NCBI GenBank assembly: GCA_965218435.1
Contig: CBDCKW010000009.1
Span: 1,312,001 to 1,376,000, forward strand
DNA: 64,000 nt
Direction of reading: 5' to 3'
From: Truepera sp.
GTDB taxonomy: Bacteria; Deinococcota; Deinococci; Deinococcales; Trueperaceae
In this document: piece after piece, positions 58,356 through 64,000 of the stretch
How positions within the stretch are numbered: the first letter of the stretch is position 1
How the letters are laid out: every line of letters begins with the position of its first letter
Notes under the pieces: model-generated
Seen by the model: the letters and a program-made list of their open reading frames with translations, nothing else
Told to the model about the DNA's origin: nothing
Database searches by the model: none
Position numbers and translations under genes: made by a program

Positions 58356-58847
58356 CTAAAAATCTTTGTCTTTCTGCACTTTGATAAAAACTCCGTTGCC
58401 ACGTTTTTCAACGATTAATCTCTCTGAAACTTCTTGCCTCAACTTTGCCGGAATAAGCTGTAATTGCCGACTCCGCTCTTCGGTAACCCTTTTCTCTGCA
58501 CAACTTGGATGGGCCGCTGCAACGGCTTTGAGAGCGTAGTATGCGCCACCGAAAGCGTGTTGGGGAACGTGCGCCGTAGCTACCGCTTGTCCTGCGGCAC
58601 GGGCGGCAAAACAAGCTTTTTCATTATCTTTTGCTTCGCGCGCACCCGCATGAGCTGCAAGGGACGCACCGCGTATAGCTGCCATTTTGAACACGCCTGT
58701 TTCAACCCACGTTCGGCACGCTTCGATAGCTTTGCGTGGCCGATCATCTTCTGGATACTTGTCTTCAAAAAATGGAAGTACTCGTTCGGCACAGTCGGCA
58801 GCCCAAGTTGCCATCAATTTCTGATCGTGTTTGTCGTATTTTTTCAT
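58356..58847 (-). CDS. Imm5-like putative immunity protein
   Basis: WAADCAERVL, DDRPRKAIEA, AARAAGQAVATAHV..HA; lower GC. Confidence 0.8.
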   Translation of the reverse strand: MKKYDKHDQKLMATWAADCAERVLPFFEDKYPEDDRPRKAIEACRTWVETGVFKMAAIRGASLAAHAGAREAKDNEKACFAARAAGQAVATAHVPQHAFGGAYYALKAVAAAHPSCAEKRVTEERSRQLQLIPAKLRQEVSERLIVEKRGNGVFIKVQKDKDF

Positions 58848-58925
58848 AATGAACCGTATTTTAGCACTAGTGGTCTCAGTCAAGCCGCGCGGCGGCAAAA
58901 AAAACGTCCAACAACTTAAATCACA

Positions 58926-58952
58926 GGAGCAGCCCATCAGGTGAGCTGCCCC
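58926..58952 (-). terminator. hairpin after the sugar-binding protein gene
   Basis: Minus strand GGGGCAGCTCA-CCTGA-TGGGCTGCTCC with G-U pairs; weak U tail. Confidence 0.5.
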
Positions 58953-58967
58953 AGTGTAGCGTGAAGT

Positions 58968-59909
58968 TTAGAACGGGGAATCGGGGTAGTAGAACTGCTT
59001 GGCGTTCTCAGGCGTGACGAGTTCGGACTCGAGTAGATACTGGCCCACAATCGGGACGCCCGAGGTGTACTGCAGCGCGGTCACTTCCATTGCGGTGGCG
59101 ATCATCGAAGGCGGATAGGTCACATCGACCGGAATAAGCTTGTCGCCGTCCATCACGCGTTTGATCACCTCTTTTTTACCCGCGCCGCCGACGATAAAGA
59201 GGTTGTCAGCGCGTCCGGCTTGCTCAACTGCCGCGACGACGCCTTCGGCCATGTCATCGTCCGACGCCCAAATCGCGTCAATATCGGGAAAGCGCGTCAG
59301 CATGTCCTGCGTGACCGTAAACGCGTCGTCACGGTTCCAGTTGCCGTACTGAGCGTCCAAAACGTTGATCCCGGAACCTTTTAACGCCGCGTTAAAGGCG
59401 TCAAACCGCTGATTGTCAATGACCGTCGGCAGGCCGCGCAAAATCACGATATTGTCACCTTTGCTCAAGTTTTTGGTAAAGTATTCTCCAGAAACGCGCC
59501 CAAAAGCGGTGTTGTCTCCCGCGACGTAGAGGTCTTGAATGCTGGGGTCGGAGAGCCCACGGTCAACGACCGTGACGAAGACGCCCTGCTCTTTGACCTG
59601 CGCGACAGGTTGCGTTAAGGGGTCGGACTCGAAGGGCAATACGACGAGCGCGTCAATCTTATTGATCGCAAGCATATCTTGCAAATCGTTTGCCTGTTCA
59701 CCGGGGTCTGAGGCCGAAGAGACCACAAATTTGAGGTTCGGGTAGGTGTTTTGCAGCTCTTTGGCGGCCTGTTCCGCCCAGAAGTTGACGCCGCCGGTCC
59801 AACCGTGGGTGGCTGCCGGAATCGAGACGCCAATCGTGACGGTTTTGTCCTGGGCTTGAGCTGCGCCCAAGGCGAGCAGGGCGGTGGCGACTAAGAGAAT
59901 ACGTTTCAT
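58968..59909 (-). CDS. RbsB-like sugar ABC substrate-binding protein
   Basis: Signal peptide, PAATHGW, VVDR, GDN, WNRD, DDDMA. Confidence 0.9.
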   Translation of the reverse strand: MKRILLVATALLALGAAQAQDKTVTIGVSIPAATHGWTGGVNFWAEQAAKELQNTYPNLKFVVSSASDPGEQANDLQDMLAINKIDALVVLPFESDPLTQPVAQVKEQGVFVTVVDRGLSDPSIQDLYVAGDNTAFGRVSGEYFTKNLSKGDNIVILRGLPTVIDNQRFDAFNAALKGSGINVLDAQYGNWNRDDAFTVTQDMLTRFPDIDAIWASDDDMAEGVVAAVEQAGRADNLFIVGGAGKKEVIKRVMDGDKLIPVDVTYPPSMIATAMEVTALQYTSGVPIVGQYLLESELVTPENAKQFYYPDSPF

Positions 59910-60008
59910 GTAACTTCCTTTCGTACTTCGAGACAGAGGCGATTTGGTGTTTAGGTAAGCGCAATTCACACCATTTTGAACCTCCAGCTGTACCGATTTG
60001 GATGAACC

Positions 60009-61016
60009 TCAGTCATCCTCACCCTCGCGCCGCTGCAAGAGCACCGCCGCGATGATGATGACGCCCTGCACCGCGCCGTTTAAGTACTCGCTGATAAAGC
60101 CGGTGAGGTTTAGGACGTTGCCGATGGTCGAGAGCATAATCGCCCCGACGACGGTGCCCCAGATATGGCCCGAGCCGCCCCGCAGGGCCGTTCCGCCGAT
60201 GATGACGGCGGCGATGGCCTCCAACTCCCACAACACGCCGGTACTCGCTGACGCCGACCCGAGGCGCGGCACATAGATAATCGTGGCGAACGAGACGCAG
60301 AGCCCCTGAATGATGTAGGTCAACGTCTGGACGCGGCCCACGTTGATGGCTGAGTACCGCGCGACCCGTTCGCTCGAGCCGATCGCGTAAACGTAGCGTC
60401 CAAAACGGGTCCGGTGCAGCACCACGCTGCCGATGACGGCGACCGCCGCAAACACCCAGATTGGATACGGCACGCCCAGCAGCGACCCCGAATAGACCGG
60501 CCCGTACACCGACCTCACCGCAAAGTCGAGCGAGAGCGTGCCACCGTTCGCCAGATACGTCACCAGCGACCGGTAGATGCCGAGCGTGCCCAGCGTGACG
60601 ATAAACGCGGCGATCTTGCCCCTGGTAATAATGACGCCGTTCAGCGCCCCGGCGAGAACGCCCAAGAGCAGCGACGCTCCAATGCCAATCAATACCGTCA
60701 CGACGCCCGCGCCGAAGGTATTGACCGCCCGGTTCATCACGATAATCATCACACCTGCGATAAATGCCGCCATCGAACCGACCGAAAGGTCGAGCCCACC
60801 TGAGATAATCACAAACGTCGCGCCGACCGCGATGATGCCGATAAACGCACTGCGCGTCAGGACGTTAAAGAGGTTGATGGGCGACAAAAAGGCGTCGTTT
60901 AAGAGTGCGCCGACGACAAAGAGCGCAATCAGACCGAGGAGCGGCCCGAGCGCCCGAATATCAAAGCGTGCGCTGCGCTCTGCAGGAGAGGTGCGAACTT
61001 CAGGCTCAGGCTGCAT
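60009..61016 (-). CDS. RbsC-like sugar ABC permease
   Basis: [36 protein letters not shown] before ATG 61016. Confidence 0.9.
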   Translation of the reverse strand: MQPEPEVRTSPAERSARFDIRALGPLLGLIALFVVGALLNDAFLSPINLFNVLTRSAFIGIIAVGATFVIISGGLDLSVGSMAAFIAGVMIIVMNRAVNTFGAGVVTVLIGIGASLLLGVLAGALNGVIITRGKIAAFIVTLGTLGIYRSLVTYLANGGTLSLDFAVRSVYGPVYSGSLLGVPYPIWVFAAVAVIGSVVLHRTRFGRYVYAIGSSERVARYSAINVGRVQTLTYIIQGLCVSFATIIYVPRLGSASASTGVLWELEAIAAVIIGGTALRGGSGHIWGTVVGAIMLSTIGNVLNLTGFISEYLNGAVQGVIIIAAVLLQRREGEDD

Positions 61017-62541
61017 GAGGGGCTCCTTTTGCCGCGGATTCACGCTTCAAGCCGGTCGCGTAGCGGACAATCTCGTTTTCGTTGATGTCGCCCCCGCTCA
61101 GCGTTCCCATCTGCTGCCCTGAACGCATCACAACGACGCGGTGACAGAGCCCGACGATTTCAGGGAGTTCGGACGAGATGAGGATGCACGATTTGCCTCC
61201 ATCCAACAGCTCCTGAATAAAAAAGTAAATCTGCCGCTTGGTGCCCACGTCAATCCCCCGAGTCGGCTCGTCTAAAATCAAAACTTTGGGCGTGACTTCC
61301 ATCGTTTTAGCGAGCACGAGCTTTTGTTGATTGCCGCCCGAAAGCGCGTTGACTTTGGCCGAAAGATTCGGCACACGGATGCTGAAGTCGTCTACCGCTT
61401 CCGCCAACGCCGCCAGCTCACGCTTTCGGTGAACAAAGGGGTCGGCGTACTTTTTTAGTGCCAACAGCGTGAGGTTGGGCCGGAGCGCCATCTCGGTAAT
61501 GAGTCCTTTGCCCTTGCGGTCCTCGCTGACGTAAGCGATACCTGCCCCCACAGCATCTTGCAGGGTGCTGATGGTGAGCGGTTGACCGTTTCGGGTCAGC
61601 GTACCGGTCTTTTGGCGCAGCCCTAAGATACCCTCGAGCAGTTCAGTCCGCCCCGCCCCGACGAGTCCGGCGAAGCCCAAGACCTCGCCGCGCTTAAGCT
61701 CAAACGAAATATTCTCGGCCCAACCGGGGACCGAAACGTTTTGTGCCGTAAAAACCACTTCTGTCCCCGGTGTGCGTTTGGGTGGGTACATGTCCGAGAG
61801 TTCGCGCCCGACCATCAGGTTGGCCATCTCGTCTTGGGTCAGCTCGCTCGTCTTTTGCGTGGTCACGAGTCGCCCGTCGCGGAGAATGCTCACCCGGTCG
61901 GCGATTTCGGCGACCTCCCCCAGCTTGTGTGAGATATACACGACCGTCACGCCTTGGGCGCTGAGGCGGCGAATCAGCTTAAAAAGCACGGCGGTTTCGC
62001 GCCCGGTTAAAACGTCGGTGGGTTCGTCCATCAGCAGGACGCGCACGTCGCGGGTGACGGCTTTGGCGATTTCGACCATCTGTTTTTGTGAGACGCTTAA
62101 ACGCCCGACGCGAGTTCGGGGATGGACGGGCGTCTCGAGTTCACGGAGCACAGCGGCGGTCTCTCGCTGCATCACTCGGCTCTGCACGAACGGTCCCCGG
62201 TGTTTTTCGACGCCTAAAAAGATATTTTCTTCAACGGTCAAATCGTCAGCCAAGTTGATCTCTTGGTGGATTAAAACGATCCCTGCCGCTTCAGCGTCGC
62301 GGGGGCGGCGAAACGACACCTCGCGCCCTTCCAGTCTCAAGGTTCCACCGGTCGGTTGGAGGTAACCTGACAAGAGTTTCATCAGCGTAGATTTGCCCGC
62401 GCCGTTTTCGCCCAAAATTGCGTGGACTTCGCCTTTTGCGAGCGTCAGCAAAACGTCATCTAAAACCCGGACGGGTCCGAAATCTTTAGAGAGGTGCGTG
62501 GCCTCTAACACGGTTGTCTCTAGCACCTTTGCCCCTGACAC
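61006..62541 (-). CDS. RbsA-like two-domain sugar ABC ATPase
   Basis: [48 protein letters not shown]. Confidence 0.92.
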   Translation of the reverse strand: MSGAKVLETTVLEATHLSKDFGPVRVLDDVLLTLAKGEVHAILGENGAGKSTLMKLLSGYLQPTGGTLRLEGREVSFRRPRDAEAAGIVLIHQEINLADDLTVEENIFLGVEKHRGPFVQSRVMQRETAAVLRELETPVHPRTRVGRLSVSQKQMVEIAKAVTRDVRVLLMDEPTDVLTGRETAVLFKLIRRLSAQGVTVVYISHKLGEVAEIADRVSILRDGRLVTTQKTSELTQDEMANLMVGRELSDMYPPKRTPGTEVVFTAQNVSVPGWAENISFELKRGEVLGFAGLVGAGRTELLEGILGLRQKTGTLTRNGQPLTISTLQDAVGAGIAYVSEDRKGKGLITEMALRPNLTLLALKKYADPFVHRKRELAALAEAVDDFSIRVPNLSAKVNALSGGNQQKLVLAKTMEVTPKVLILDEPTRGIDVGTKRQIYFFIQELLDGGKSCILISSELPEIVGLCHRVVVMRSGQQMGTLSGGDINENEIVRYATGLKRESAAKGAPHAA

Positions 62542-62714
62542 TGTAAGCGTCCGCGAGTGTAGGCATGTAGCTCGAGCAGATTCGCGGAGAGGCTGAAAGC
62601 GGCAATCCGAAATACAGCCGGTATCAAATCGGCGTCAATCGCTGCGCTGGTTTCCGTAGAGGTCACAACATCCCTTCTCGAGCAGTTACAACCTCTCTTT
62701 TGCCGAGGTCGTCA

Positions 62715-62762
62715 TAGTTGGTCTTTGTGTTTGACTATATGCGGGGTGCTGAAGGCTGTCAA
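62715..62762 (-). promoter_or_regulatory. promoter of the sugar ABC cluster with an overlapping operator-like site
   Basis: Minus strand TTGACA (62762-62757)-N17-TATAGT (62739-62734); imperfect palindrome TAGTC...AACTA spanning -10 to the start site. Confidence 0.72.
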
Positions 62763-62788
62763 GCACAACTTGATAACGGAAGTGCAGC

Positions 62789-62815
62789 AAAAAAGCCGCC
62801 CTACACGAACGGCTT
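62789..62815 (-). terminator. intrinsic terminator after the Gfo gene
   Basis: Minus strand AAGCCGTTC-GTGTA-GGGCGGCTTTTTT. Confidence 0.65.
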
Positions 62816-62840
62816 AGTTTTTACGTGGTTTGCGCCGAGC

Positions 62841-63872
62841 TCAGCGTTCTTGCAGGGTTTCAGGCACGGCTTGGCTGCTTAGGGAGACGGGCGCGTTTTG
62901 TTTGGCGGATTCGTAGCAAGCTAAAACTAAGCGGACGGCCTCGAGCCCGTCTTGCCCGGTACACACGACCTCGCGTTCGCCCCGAATGGCCGCCAAAAAG
63001 TCAAGCTCACAGGTGGTGTGGGCATCATAGCCGCCGAAGGTCGTATGTGAGATGTCAGGTTCACCGAAGTTGGTTCCCGGCGAGCTGCGAAAGCGGTGGG
63101 TCAAGACGCCGGTGCGGTTCGAGTATTCTACGGCCCCTTCAGTGCCGTACACCCAAAACGCCTGCTCCCAACCCGTCGCGGTCCAGGCGTTTTCCACGCT
63201 GCCCATCGCCCCCGATGCGAAGGTCAGGTTGGCAACCGACGTATCTTCGACCTCGATGTCAAAGCCGAGCGTGGCGATGTTCGCGTAAACCTGCGTCACA
63301 TCACCGCCAAAGTAGCGGGCCAAATCCATCATGTGACAGCCGTTGTCTAAGAGCGTGCCGCCCCCCGAATGAGCGAGGCTGCCAAACACACCGCGTACTG
63401 TTTTTGAGCCCCCCCAATCGTGCGCTTGGCGAAAGCGCATAAAGGTCAGACGCCCGAGTGCGCCCGAGTCAATGAGGTCTTTGGTTTGGATGGCGGCGCT
63501 GTCGCTCCGCAGGTGATGACCGATCTGCAACACCACGCCCGCCTCGCGGCAGACGCGGATCATCTCCTCGGCCTGCTCTAAAGAGAGCGACACAGGTTTT
63601 TCGCACAACACGTGTTTGCCTGCTCGAGCCGCTGCCAACGTCACCGGGTAGTGCAGCGCGTTGGGCAAACAGACCGAGACGGCTTCGATGGTGGGGTCGG
63701 CCAAGAGCTCTTCAAAGGTGCTGTAGCCTTTAGGGATGTTCCACTCACGCTGACGTTTGGCGAGGGCCAAGGGATTGGCGTCGGCAATCGCCGCGATGGT
63801 CGCGCCCCCGGCGGTGTAGCCCTGATAGTGAAACAGCGAGACGCCGCCTGCGCCGATGATGCCAACGTTCAT
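62841..63872 (-). CDS. Gfo/Idh/MocA family oxidoreductase
   Basis: GIIGAG, CLPNALH, GKHVLCEKP, GGGTLLDNGCH. Confidence 0.92.
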   Translation of the reverse strand: MNVGIIGAGGVSLFHYQGYTAGGATIAAIADANPLALAKRQREWNIPKGYSTFEELLADPTIEAVSVCLPNALHYPVTLAAARAGKHVLCEKPVSLSLEQAEEMIRVCREAGVVLQIGHHLRSDSAAIQTKDLIDSGALGRLTFMRFRQAHDWGGSKTVRGVFGSLAHSGGGTLLDNGCHMMDLARYFGGDVTQVYANIATLGFDIEVEDTSVANLTFASGAMGSVENAWTATGWEQAFWVYGTEGAVEYSNRTGVLTHRFRSSPGTNFGEPDISHTTFGGYDAHTTCELDFLAAIRGEREVVCTGQDGLEAVRLVLACYESAKQNAPVSLSSQAVPETLQER

Positions 63873-64000
63873 ACAGGTTCCTCGGTTTTAGCGGTTTCAG
63901 AGTTTGAGGTGATGGGCTCGAGCGTCTCTCTTCTATTGCCAAACCACGTTTTTGGACGGTTGGGTGTCGGCGCAGCCCAGCGTGCCGCGTTTTTTAAGAC

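Overview
GC-rich bacterial chromosomal segment, most likely Deinococcota (Trueperaceae/Thermus-like). The basis for this is a Thermus-type class I xylose isomerase, many leaderless genes with a -10 box 5-7 nt before the start codon, and strong over-representation of CTCGAG; the assignment is an inference. The backbone is transport and catabolism: livKHMGF, an SDR-M20-dppABC operon, pepF, a split yvfRS/desKR-like module, modA, pduO plus two BtuF-like proteins, a MarR-monooxygenase unit, pyrD, GH15, xylFHG-xylA and a second sugar ABC/Gfo/TIM-barrel cluster. It is interrupted by small, often AT-richer insertions (yefM-yoeB, two orphan antitoxin-like genes, a SnoaL cassette flanked by a duplicated desR 3' end, Imm5-like, Uma2, tandem kinases) and about seven decayed genes. 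The best candidates for new biology are (i) a stand-alone, lower-GC NB-ARC/TPR NLR-like protein with an unrecognised helical N-terminus, and (ii) signs of integrase-free cassette swapping at gene 3' ends, namely a synonymous 3'-end duplication, C-depleted 3' ends facing the insertions, and CTCGAG hyper-iteration. I saw no rRNA, tRNA, CRISPR array, integrase or transposase. All family calls come from motif recognition by eye, not database searches.
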